DNA of 64,000 nucleotides, taken from contig NC_135808.1 in assembly GCF_964213995.1 (NCBI RefSeq), positions 23,498,001 through 23,562,000 of the forward strand, given 5' to 3'. The notes beneath the pieces were generated by a model. It did no database searches. It was given only the letters and a program-made list of their open reading frames with translations, and was not told where the DNA came from. Each line of letters starts with the position of its first letter. The first letter of the stretch is position 1. The translations under genes were made by a program, and so were the position numbers. Below, piece after piece: positions 40,078-50,736 of this stretch. Source of the DNA: Mustelus asterias (taxonomy: Eukaryota).

Positions 40078-40765
40078 CCTATTACTGGTGAGATCGATTG
40101 GCCACGATCGGAGCCGGGGTAGAGATCACTGAATCTGTGAGAGTCAGACAAGGTCAAGAATACAGTTTGCAAGGGGTTAAACTTAACGGGTTAAACTTAA
40201 GGGATATTTCTGGCAATAATTATTATTGTATGTGATATCGTGATATGTACTAACTGCTGATAGTGATAAGTAACTGTTGCTTGTGCTGACCGACAAGAGG
40301 ACAAGGTAGTGCCTGTCTCAAAACCCTGCCTTAGACTGGCTGTTAAGAGGAGGAACCTCCCACGCAAAGGCCAGGAGATTGAAGTGGGAAAAGAGACACC
40401 AAGGGCAGTTAAGATTGTGAAGCACAAGTGGCAGAGGTCGGTTAACATCAAACTCTGCAGTGGTGAACAAATGCAGAGTTGCTATCTGATTGCATGAAAG
40501 TTTGAAAAGTTGGGAACTGTACTGTCAATGTTGTGAAAAGCGGGACAGAAAAGGAGCTTCATCAACTCTGACCTAAACTGGATCCGGTGGAGAAGCACAT
40601 TGCCGAGGTGGTAATAGTGGAAGCCGTGAATATAACTTGAAACCCTATAATGGTAGTGAAACACGGTGCTAGAGTAGTATAGTGGCCGGGGATAGTGAAG
40701 TCCCTACGGGAGAGAGCACACTTTACGAGGGAATAATCGTGGCCGGGGTTAGTGAAGTCTGTGAA

Positions 40766-42105
40766 ATGGCAGATAATGAAGTTAAAAGGGGACCTGCAGG
40801 ATCCTTCATTGAAATTTACATGACAAACAGGAAAGAGTTAATAAAGAGAATGCAAAACGACGGCTGGGATACTTCTCAGACCTTAGAACAGCAGAGAAAG
40901 TGGATAGATAAAGAAAAGAGAAAGAAGACAAAGAAGATAGGAGTAATATTATCACATCAATTAGCTGGTCTAATTGAGCAAGTAGTCACCTCGACTAAGA
41001 AGTGGAGTGAAGATAAAGAAAGGATTAGAGAATTAGAATCCCGAGTGAGGGAACAGGAGAAGCAAAATCAGGTTTTAGAAGAAAAGCAATGGAGAGGGGA
41101 AACTGTTCCTCTAACTCCTTATGAGTCCACACAGCAGGGACCAACCACTCCTTCAGAGGAGTGAGAAGCGCTAGAACACAACTTAGCGCCAGTAACCCGA
41201 GGGGGAACAAATGCACGACCAAAGGCAACTTATCAACCCTTCACCCCAGGTGAGAGACAGCAGATAATGGCTTCCCTGGGTAAATTACAACCCAGAAGCG
41301 CAAGTACTAAATTCTGGGAATAATTAGACACAATCTGGATAGGACACCAATTACACCTGAGAGACATATACCAGCTGGACAGGGCAGCCTGTCCAGCGGA
41401 TAAGTGGAGGCATGTAGCTGGTGGACCAGCAGCTCCTCCAGCACAGCATTATAATGGGGGACGGTGGACACATGCAGTCTCCCTAGCATCAGAGATAGAT
41501 GCCCAACAGGCACCCTTCACCCAGTTCAAAGCAGAGATTCAGAGGGTATTAGGGAATGCTTCCACTAACTGGAGAAGACTTACCACAACAAAACAGTTAA
41601 AAGGGGAAGGAGCTTCTGAATACGGGGAACGATTGTTACAGGTATATCAAGAGTGCTCAGGACAAGGGAACCCAGGTCGAGGGGATTGAGCATTCATCCA
41701 GGCTTTTAAGGATGGACTCTCTAGCGCTCACCAGGTCATCCTAAAAATGGGAGTGATAATGTCCCAAGATTACGATGAATTGGTAGCGTGGGCCAGCGGA
41801 GTACCAGGAGAAGAAAAATCCCAGGCAAGAACAAGGCCAGAAAGAGTAGCAGCTTACAGTAATGGGAATGGAACAAAGTCTAAACTGACTTGACTCAATT
41901 GTGGTCGGCAAGGACACTTTGCGAGGGATTGCGGGACTCCACGGAAAGGGAACAGGTTTTGAACAGTGGGAAACATTGCAGCCACTGTAATAAATGTGGA
42001 CACACAGAAGCAGTGTGTTGGAATAAGCATGGAAAACCCTCGACCCGATCCATGACCACAGCAGAACCAGAGGAACCACAGGACCTCCGGGGTCAGCAAG
42101 ATTGA
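40766..42105 (+). pseudogene. gag: ERV-1 gag (disrupted)
   Basis: Coiled-coil-like N-terminus; two CCHC knuckles (*LNCGRQGHFARDC near 41890, first Cys mutated to TGA, and CSHCNKCGHTEAVC); stops and frameshifts. Confidence 0.8.
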
Positions 42106-42109
42106 CGGT

Positions 42110-43983
42110 CTGCAGCCCCCATTCACAAGGGTAAGAAGGAGGGAAGAATTTACGTGTCAGCACTAGTAGGGGGCAGACAATGTGAGATGCTAGTGGACAA
42201 AGCAGCGTCCATATCTGTCACCGACCTACCCTTCCCCACTACAAATAAAATGATTTCCCTGACTGGGATAGGAGGGAACAAAACACCCGCCTACCTGAGC
42301 GAGACCACGTTAGTAGAGATAAATAATCTGTATATACCAATGAGGTTTTGTGTGTGCAAAAATAACGAGGGTACAATAATGGGAAATGATCTGATGAAAG
42401 AATATGAGATTCTGCTCGACTGTTGAAAAGGAGAATTAATCTGGCCAAGACAGGACGGTCGGAAAACTAGAACAGGGAAACTTACAAGTCACCTCGAAAC
42501 TATTAAGGTAGCCACAGTCACCACCAGAAATTGGGAATTAGAAACAGGAGGGTTCGGAGCCATCTGTGCCCCTGTCCCCGGAATATGGTCGAAAACGAAG
42601 TTAGATACTGGTTTGACTAAAACAGACCCAATAAAGGTACCGGGACCAGAGCATAAGCCACACCGACAATACCCAATCAAACCCGAGGCAGAGAAAGCTG
42701 TAGTGGAGATAGTTAAAGGGTTAGTGGAAAGGGGGATTCTGAGAGAAACCACAAGCACCACTAACTCCCCAACATGGCCAGTGAGCAAGTCTGACGGAAG
42801 CTATAGGCTCACGATAGATTACACCGGACTCAATAAAGTCACGTCCAAATTGCACCCCATCGTAGCAAGCCCTTCGACAATCCTGAATGGACTGAATGGA
42901 GCATAAAATATTCACAGTATTGGACATAGCCAACGGATTCTGGTCCTTACCATTTGTTCCTGAATCCCAAGACAAATTTGCCTTTCCAGTGGGTGAAAAG
43001 CAGTACACTTGGACTCGTTTACCACAGGGATTCCACAACAGCCCAGCTATATTCCATAGAGCAATGAGTGACATCCTGAACAGAGTAGAACTGCCAGAGG
43101 GTAGTATGGTCCTACAATATGTAGATGATATCGTGATAGCTTCAGAGTCCAAGTCAGGACATCAAGAAGCCTTACATTTAGTACTGAATGAATTAAAAGC
43201 TGCAGGGTTAAAGGTGAGCCCCAAAATGGCACAAATCGGGAAAACACAGGTCCTATACCGAGGACACGTTATATCCCAAGGACTTAAAGAAATGCCAACA
43301 GACTGACAGAAGGCAGTACAACAAATGCCGCGACCCGTCACCATAAGAGGGGTCAGAAAGGTGCAAGGACTATTCAACTATAGCCAGAGTTTCAACCCAG
43401 GGTTCACAAAATTAGCAGAACCCATACAGAGACTCGTCAGAGGGGGAAAACCAGCTTAAGATCCCGTAGAATGGGGACTCGAGCAGGAAGAGGCTTATCA
43501 TAGAATCATAGAATTATAGAAACCCGACAGTGCAGAAGGAGGCCATTCGGCCCATCGAGTCTGCACCGACCACAATCCCACCCAGGCCCTACCCCCACAT
43601 ATTTAGCCTCTAATCCCGCTAACCTACGCATCTCAGGACTCTAAGGGGCAATTTTTAACCTGGCCAATCAACCTAACCCGCACATCTTTGGACTGTGGGA
43701 GGAAACCGGAGCACCCGGAGGAAACCCACGCAGACACGAGGAGAATGTGCAAACTCCACACAGACAGTGACCCGAGCCGGGAATCGAACCTGGGACCCTG
43801 GAGCTGTGAAGCAGCAGTGCTAACCACTGTGCTACCGTGCCGCCCCCTATACTGAACTAAAAACTGACATCAGCCCCTGGACGAGGATTACCCAATTCTA
43901 ATAAGGACTTCCATATCCATTGTAGAAATGAGAGAGGGTTCTATTCCGCCGTGGTAACACAAGATCATGGCGACAGAAATAGA
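42110..43983 (+). pseudogene. pol: ERV-1 protease, reverse transcriptase and connection region (disrupted; SINE inserted)
   Basis: MLVDKAASIS (degenerate DTGA), QYPI, NSPTWPV, YRLTIDY, VLDIANGFWS, LPQGFHNSP, QYVDD, TSAP..GLP..KDFHI. Confidence 0.9.
43498..43846 (-). mobile_element. Young full-length HE1-type SINE inserted in ERV-1 pol
   Basis: Complete element with CpGs retained; pol frame resumes (YTELK) after it. Confidence 0.9.
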
Positions 43984-44239
43984 TGATGTGGAGATGCCGG
44001 CGTTGGACTGGGGTAAACACAGTAAGAAGTTTAACAACACCAGGTTAAAGTCCAACAGGTTTATTTGGTAGCAAAAGCCACACAAGCTTTCGGAGCTCCA
44101 AGCCCCTTCTTCAGATGAGTGGGACTTCTGAATTCCCACTAACCTGAAGAAGGGGCTTGGAGGTCCGAAAGCTTGTGTGGCTTTTGCTACCAAATAAACC
44201 TGTTGGACTTTAACCTGGTGTTGTTAAACTTCTTACTGT
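43984..44239. mobile_element. Short palindromic Penelope-derived element (arms about 105 bp) inside ERV-1
   Basis: Near-perfect inverted repeat over 44019-44239; same family as 18565-18801; no TSD. Confidence 0.8.
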
Positions 44240-44254
44240 ATTTGTGATCCACAG

Positions 44255-44508
44255 GCATCCATGTCTTCCAGATGATGACTGGCTGCAACCTGAGGGATGA
44301 TGGGACTACGAGTGCATTCAACCAGTTTGGGTGGGATGGACAGGATGTTCTCAGCTTCGACAAGGATCACATGGTGTGGGTGACCCCAGTGCTCTGGGGA
44401 GATGTCATCAAAAACTATCTTGATAGGGACACTGCCAACAATGAGCGACTCAAACAATTCCTGGAGGTGGACTATATTGAGTAACTGAGGTAATTCCTCA
44501 AGTTCGGG
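44255..44508 (+). pseudogene. MHC class I heavy-chain alpha-2 domain exon fragment embedded in ERV pol
   Basis: After the acceptor GATCCACAG (phase 1): GIHVFQMMTGCNLRDDGTTSAFNQFGWDGQDVLSFDKDHMVWVTPVLWGDVIKNYLDRDTANNERLKQFLEVDYIE*LR*FLKFG. Matches the class I alpha-2 pattern (GxHxxQxMxGC...DGxDxxxF...W...LExxCxEWL). Second Cys is Tyr; two stops. Confidence 0.9.
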
Positions 44509-44619
44509 ACATATGAAGTTATAATTAGTGGAGACACCTGTGCCTGTATAGACATAAGAGGGAAAGGTGTCTGGAAACACTGGACACAACTAAAATTACA
44601 CAAGGGAACAAATAAGTAA
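44509..44619 (+). pseudogene. pol: ERV-1 integrase C-terminal GPY/F-like remnant
   Basis: (G)TYEVIISGDTCACIDIRGKGVWKHWTQLK fits the GPYxV...WxHxxxLK integrase tail pattern, also seen in ERV-2 as GPSHVLL...WIHASHCK. Confidence 0.7.
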
Positions 44620-44699
44620 TTAAATTGATGAACTAACAGAACTGATTTCCTCAACACAGGCAAAGACTGCAAACAAGAACGACTGGTGCGCGCGGGTTG

Positions 44700-46253
44700 A
44701 TAGATAATATAACTTGTAAAGATTATATGAATTATCGTGTTAGGTTTGATATTTGATCGTTGTGAATATGTATTTAATCGCGTATGTAACTGTACTACTT
44801 TGCATTGCCGCGACTGTAAATTTAACTGGATTGGAGGATAACTTGTTTTACAAAGCTCACATAAATTAAGACGGGAATCGAACTGTATGTTACCCGTTAG
44901 CACAATTGGTAGAAGCCCTATTTGTAGCCACCCCTGGGTGGACCCCTCATGACTTATGTACTGTAGATACATCAGATACACCCTGCAAGGGACAAATTGG
45001 CAAATATAAAAGAGGTATACAGGGGAGACGTGTGGGACTTGTAAATCCCACAGATCCTGTGTTCAGGGGGTTCCAACAGGTGGGAGGAATAGCTTGTTCA
45101 GATACTGCAAGCTATCCGCTTTGTTTTATGGGGCAGGGAGGGGATGTGCCTATGCCTTGGTCCCAAAGAATTATTCCTGCGTACAGATGCAGTGTGTCCG
45201 TCAACATTGTCAGATTAATAAGGGACAGTTTACTTGCACTTGTGATGAACAGAAATGTCTCAATATAACTGCGGACAATGCAATGGAACTCACGTAATCT
45301 CAGCCAAATGGACATACCCATTTGATACTTACCAGGTGGTGGGGTCAAACGGGGAGTCAAGTAAACCGAACAATTGGCAATATGAACAAACTCATAATCA
45401 AGACACTAAATGTTACCGGGCTAAGAAGGGATATGTGTTCCTCTTCAATGGTACTTACATGACAGAAACACCAAACCTCCCAAACCATTTTGCAGTCGGA
45501 ACAATAGGACCACTGACTGTTCCATGCCCTCAGAAGGGGCATATTCGGAGGAGAATAGTAACTCGGGCTATCAGCAAAAATTCTGCGCTGACTGGGAAGC
45601 CCCGGGCACAATGGGATCCTCACTGGGATATGGGTTCCTTGGAGCCTTATCCCTGCGGAGGGGCGGGGGGTGGGCGGGGTGGGGGGGGGGGGGGTGGTGG
45701 GGGAGGGCAGCAGGAGTGATTAGTGCAAAGAATAGGAATCATATTGTTTGTGGACTAACAGTCCTGGGAAACAGCACTTCAAAAGCACTGGAGGCTGTTA
45801 ACCAAGAAATGGCTGAACTGAGATTATATGCACAGCAGACACAATATGCAGTGGACTATCAGTTAGCACAACAAGGGGGAGTGTGTACAATTATAGGCAA
45901 TAAATGCATAACCCATGTCACGGACGAGTCCTATAACATTACACAGGTCATCAATAGCAACAGAAAAACAACTTGATAGCTTCAGACAGGGACCCAAGAA
46001 AAGATGTAACTGGCTGGAATGGTTAGTAGGGGGGTTCTGGGAGTCTTACCTATGACATGGATTGGTCATACTCGTTTCAATTGTAATTGTCTGTTGTCTG
46101 ACTGTTGGATGCTTTAAAGTCTGTTTTAAAATAATGTTGGCTAGAATTGTGCCAGGAGCCAGTGTATACATCGAAGAAGAAAACCCGATGAAGATCCCCG
46201 AAGACATCAGAAGAAATGAAGAAGGAAAGAAGAACAAAGAATTATACATGTAA
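44700..46253 (+). pseudogene. env: ERV-1 env (frameshifted; start approximate)
   Basis: Cys-rich SU fragments, basic cleavage-like RRRIVTRA, heptad ALEAVNQEMAELR, ISD-like VDYQLAQQGGVCTIIGNKC, hydrophobic anchor near 46062-46120. Confidence 0.85.
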
Positions 46254-46306
46254 AAATTGCTGGTCTAGGGATTAGTGAAACTCATAATCCGACCAAAAGT
46301 GGGGAC

Positions 46307-46935
46307 TGAAGTGGGAAAAATATACAGATGGGTACACATAAAATGGCTGTCTGGCACATAAACAGTCACCTCGGAAAGAGACATTAAACAGGCACTGACG
46401 TTCAGTACAGACAACCACCTGAGATTAAAGGACAGACAGCTATTCAAAGTTCAAGATGCAGGAATCAAATCCTGCAGGAAGCCAGCCAAGGCTTGAGGCA
46501 CTCTTTCGGATAAGGACAATAGGGTTGGATAACGAAATTAGCTACAGGTGGGATTGGAATACCTAACTGCAGGAAAGCCAATTACTGTAAATTACGATAT
46601 GAATAGATTGAAACTAAAACCACTGATGGCCACTGACAAAGCAAATGTATCCATTCATAGAACAATGTGATGTTAACATGTTGATGTCTGTATCTGTCCG
46701 TATTTGTCTACAGCAATGTGTTAACAATCGATCACCTACTTGATTACAACGATGTGATAATGGCTAGATGTCCGGTCCAGCCATTGTGTAAAGGGTATAA
46801 AGATGGACTACTCCTATAGTCTCATTGAGAGAAGGTTTGTTGCTTGTTAGTGCCTTTTCTTCACGAAGCTTCGTTAAAATAAAACTGTATTCTTGAAACC
46901 TTCAAGCCTGACTCAGTGGTACACTTCCCACAACA
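46307..46935 (+). repeat. ERV-1 3' LTR
   Basis: Preceded by a polypurine tract; TATA box near 46795; AATAAA near 46878; imperfect terminal inverted repeat TGAAGTGGGAA/TTCCCACAACA. Confidence 0.9.
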
Positions 46936-47029
46936 GTGACCAAGATGAAGATCGTTGTAGAAACACGTCTGCTTCATTAATATTCTTTAGGGTAGGAATA
47001 CAGCCATCCTTACTTGGTCTGGTCCATAT

Positions 47030-47552
47030 GTGCTTCATTTATGGAGTAACATAGGAAGCATCCTTTCCGGATGTATCACAGCTTGGTCTGGCCCCTTCTC
47101 TGATCAAGACCACAATAAATTACAAAGAGTTGTGAATGAAGCCCAATCCATCAGGCAAATAATCCTCCCACCCATTGACTCCCTCCACGCTTCCCGCTGT
47201 CTCAGAAAAACATCAAGCATAATGAAGGACGCCACACACCCCGGATACACTCTCTTCCACCTTCTTCTGTCAGGAAAAAGACACTAAAGTCTGAGGTCAC
47301 ACACTAACAAATCAAGATAATCTTCTCTCTGCTGCCATCACACTTTTGAATGGACCTAAACAGATCATATTAAATTGATCTTTCTCGACACCCCAGCTAT
47401 GACTTAGCTTTATATTAAGGACCAACTCCTTTCCATCTCCCCTCTGAACTCCAGGAACGCTATGCTTTTTCTATATGTTACCTCAGAAACAATATTTTCC
47501 ACTGTATACTAATACACGTGACAATAATAAATCAGGTCAAATCAAATCAAAC
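47030..47552 (+). mobile_element. Rex1/Babar-like LINE 3' end
   Basis: SILSGCITAW...LQRVVNEAQSI...IMKDATHPG..LF.LL.SGKR; AATAAA and an (AATCA)n tail. Related 3' UTR at about 48940-49140. Confidence 0.7.
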
Positions 47553-49674
47553 ACCGGAGAATAACTAGTCGCAGAATTCAATTAGTAACATGTCCAGATG
47601 CTCAGGGTCACACTTTAGGACAGGATGGGAATGTCCATCAAAGCGATCCCTCAAACAGTGTTTGCTGTTTCCCATATATAAGGGAACACATCATGAGCAG
47701 AGAATACAGCTGTTAGAGTGAAAGGAATACAAATAAGTTGTTTCTCCATGTGTATGCATTTTGCGAAGTAAGAAGGTGAAAGGTTAGGCGATGTATCTGT
47801 GTGTATGGATAGTGAGTTGTTTCGGGAACGAGACTGGTTAGAGGGTGTGACGGGAAGAGCGGACCAATGTCTTGCAAGGGGCGAAGGCGGGAGAGGAGAT
47901 GAAGATGAGTTTGGAGGTGGAATTGCGCTGGAACTGGAGGAAAAGCAAAGGGAGGTCTGTTGAATGTTCAAGGTGAGGAATGTGTCATCATCATCAAAGC
48001 TGAATCCGAGACTGAGAAACAGGGAAAAAAAGAAATGACGCATGTCCAGGAAGTCGGGTGGATGAAAACCTAATCAAGTGAACTGGGGAAATCAGTGCGT
48101 AGTAAAGATTGCTGAACAGCCATTCCCCTGAAATGGAGAGAGATAAGTCGGGAAGCAAATGAGATGAATCATCTGAAGATGGGCCGTGTGGCCTCCTGTG
48201 CATTGTAGACATTCTATAAAATACTACTCGGGTTAGATTAAGAGTGATTAAGAGCCATTCGGCCCATCGTGTGGGGCATAAATACCGACTGAAACCAATT
48301 GGACGGACAATTTCAGAGCTGTAAATGCAATGTTGTTCTATGTTGCTGGATTTTTATTTAAGAAGTCAACAGTTGTTTCATAATATTGCAGACATTGAAA
48401 TGACTTACTGATGAAGAAGGGCACTACTATTCATCTCAATATTAACACTATAATTGTATTAATGCTTACTGTCCTCAGGCTGATATCTGTGTTATGAAGG
48501 CCTATTTCGATGCTCGGCCTGAGAGAAAACACCTCATTGAGCTAAGGGTGGAAATTGGTGCTGGTTACATATGTTAAATAGATAATTACTGGTCTGTCAA
48601 ATTAATCCATTACAGGAATGGATACCCAGTGCCCGATGCAATGTACAGACTATCAAATACAACACTTGTAAGCACAGAACATTGTTGGAAAAAATAATCA
48701 GCACTGCATTGGTTAGCACACAGTGTTTGCAGCAATCATACTTATTAGAACCCCAGAATCCCTCCAGCGCAGAAGGAGACAATTCGGCCCATCGAGTCTA
48801 TGCAGACTCTCCGATGGAACGTCTTACACCCCCCCCCCCACCCCCTCATCCTTCTGCCCTTTTCCCTTAACCCCATTAACAATGGCCAAACCATCTAATC
48901 TGCACATCTTTGGACACTAAGGACAATTGAGCATCACATAATCAGACTTTTGAATGGAACTACCATATATCAAGCTTTTCTTTCTCTGCAACCTGGCTGT
49001 TAAGACAAGACTATATGCAACACCCACTACTTTCCTTCTCCCCTATGTACTCTACGAATGTTATATTTTGTCTGTACAACAGGCAATAATCAATACTTTA
49101 CACTGTTTCCAAATGCATCTAACAATAATAAATCAAATCAGATGAAAAATAGAGCACCCGGAGAAAGCACACAAAAACATGTGAGAACGTGCAAACTATG
49201 CACAGTCACTCTAATAGCAATTCATTCTTCAAACTGTTGGAATGCATTCAACGTGTTCTCCATCTCTTATCTGCCGTTAAATAGTGGAGATCTGTTTCTC
49301 TTCGTGTAAGTTGAAATAGAAAGATCAATATCAATACATTTCATTGGAAACATGTAATGAAACAACTGGAAAAGTCTCCTGTGTTACCATTGGTTACGTT
49401 GATAACTACGAAGACAAATCTACGGAGTGGAGAGAAAGATCAGTCACCACAAACAATGATACAGAAAATTAATCAGTTTGTACTGCTCAAGTGACTGCCC
49501 CACACTCAATTCTATTGTGACAGATACTCCCAGGAATACTTTCCAAATGAGAATTAACTGATAGCGGTACGACTGTGACCACTAGATCAGCATGCAATAT
49601 TATGAGGCACAGTGTAAAACCAGAGACCAGCTCACATGCACATATACTTAAATTCACTTGTTGTAGCTATGCAC

Positions 49675-49738
49675 CAGGAACACCAATGACAGCAAGAGTC
49701 ATGTAGTACACTTTCCCGAAACTATCAAGGGATTCCAT
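49675..49738 (-). other. Orphan first exon B of a GPR139-like paralog (MESLDSFGKVYYMTLAVIGVP + 1 nt); no own exon 2 found
   Basis: Same 64-nt length, phase and sequence as exons 1 of A and C; weaker donor GTGCAT; flanking promoter and intron blocks homologous to gene A. Confidence 0.8.
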
Positions 49739-50424
49739 GCTCCCCTGTCCCTTCACTGTGTTGGCAATCACTAGGAATTAAATTCTGAGTTGATGCAGTC
49801 ATATAACTTATATCATGTGAGATTTCCACTGAGACTATGAAGTTGCAAACAGATGATCACTCCCATGTTCGGTCCCTGTTGTGGGAGACTTAATTGGTAA
49901 ACCCTAAAAATACCGCAACTTCAGTTACATTAATTAACTAATGAAAATTGGAAGCTCAATTGTTCCAGCAACAGTGATGAATATTCAAAGGTCATCAAGG
50001 TCCATCTCTCAATCTCATAGGTGGGAATAAAGAAACACAGAAAGGCCAACGAATCCATCGTGCCTGGTCCGCTATTTGGACCATCGAGCCTTGTCCGCCA
50101 ATTAACTAGATAATGGCTGATCTTCCACCTCAATGAAACTTTCTTACACTATATTCATATTGTTTGATGTCATTTTTGCCTCCGAATCTATCGATCTCTG
50201 CTTTGAACAATCTCAACCATCAAGGTTTCACAGTCCTCTCTGAGGCAGTGAACACCAAAAGGTCTATACCTTCTGTCTGAAGATGCTCCTTCTCATCTCG
50301 TTGACAAATGGTGTAACTCTTGTTCTGAGATTGAGACGATGGTTCTAACCAACCCCCACTCCTGCGCAACACCCCCAAGACACACACACTGTTACCTCTC
50401 ACCCTAACACCTTGGAGGATCAAA

Positions 50425-50736
50425 GAGAATCACAAAATCACCAGTGCAAAAGGGGGCCATTCGGCCCACCGGGTCTGCACTGACATCAATCCAACTCAGC
50501 CCCATCGCCTCATGTATTTACCCTGCCAATCCCCCTGACACTAAGTGGCAATTCAATATGGCCAATCACCATATCCCGCACATTTTTGGACTGTGGGAGG
50601 AAATCAGAGCACCCGGAGGAAACCCACATAGACCCAGGGAGAATGTGAAAACTCCATGCACATAGTGACCCAAGCCAGGAATCGAACCTGGATCCCTGCT
50701 ACTTTGAGGCAGCAGTGCTACCCACCGTGCCACCGT
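50425..50736 (-). mobile_element. HE1-type SINE
   Basis: Reverse-complement HE1 head, core and tail. Confidence 0.8.

Larger units (their letters stand above)
39466..46935 (+). mobile_element. Defective endogenous retrovirus ERV-1 (LTR-gag-pro-pol[partly replaced]-env-LTR)
   Basis: Related LTRs at 39466-~40056 and 46307-46935 (TGAAGTG...TTCCCACAACA), PBS, PPT AAAAGTGGGGAC before 46307, gag zinc knuckles, RT motifs and an env TM domain. Confidence 0.93.

Noticed and set aside
44473-44484. APOBEC-type G-to-A hypermutation (TGT>TAT, TGG>TAA) in the captured exon
   Set aside because: Too few sites, several other TGG codons are intact, and the donor sequence is unknown.
44255-44508. Exon of a functional MHC class I gene at this locus
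   Set aside because: Two stops, loss of the disulfide Cys, no donor site at the expected exon end, and no alpha-1 or alpha-3 exons seen in the window.
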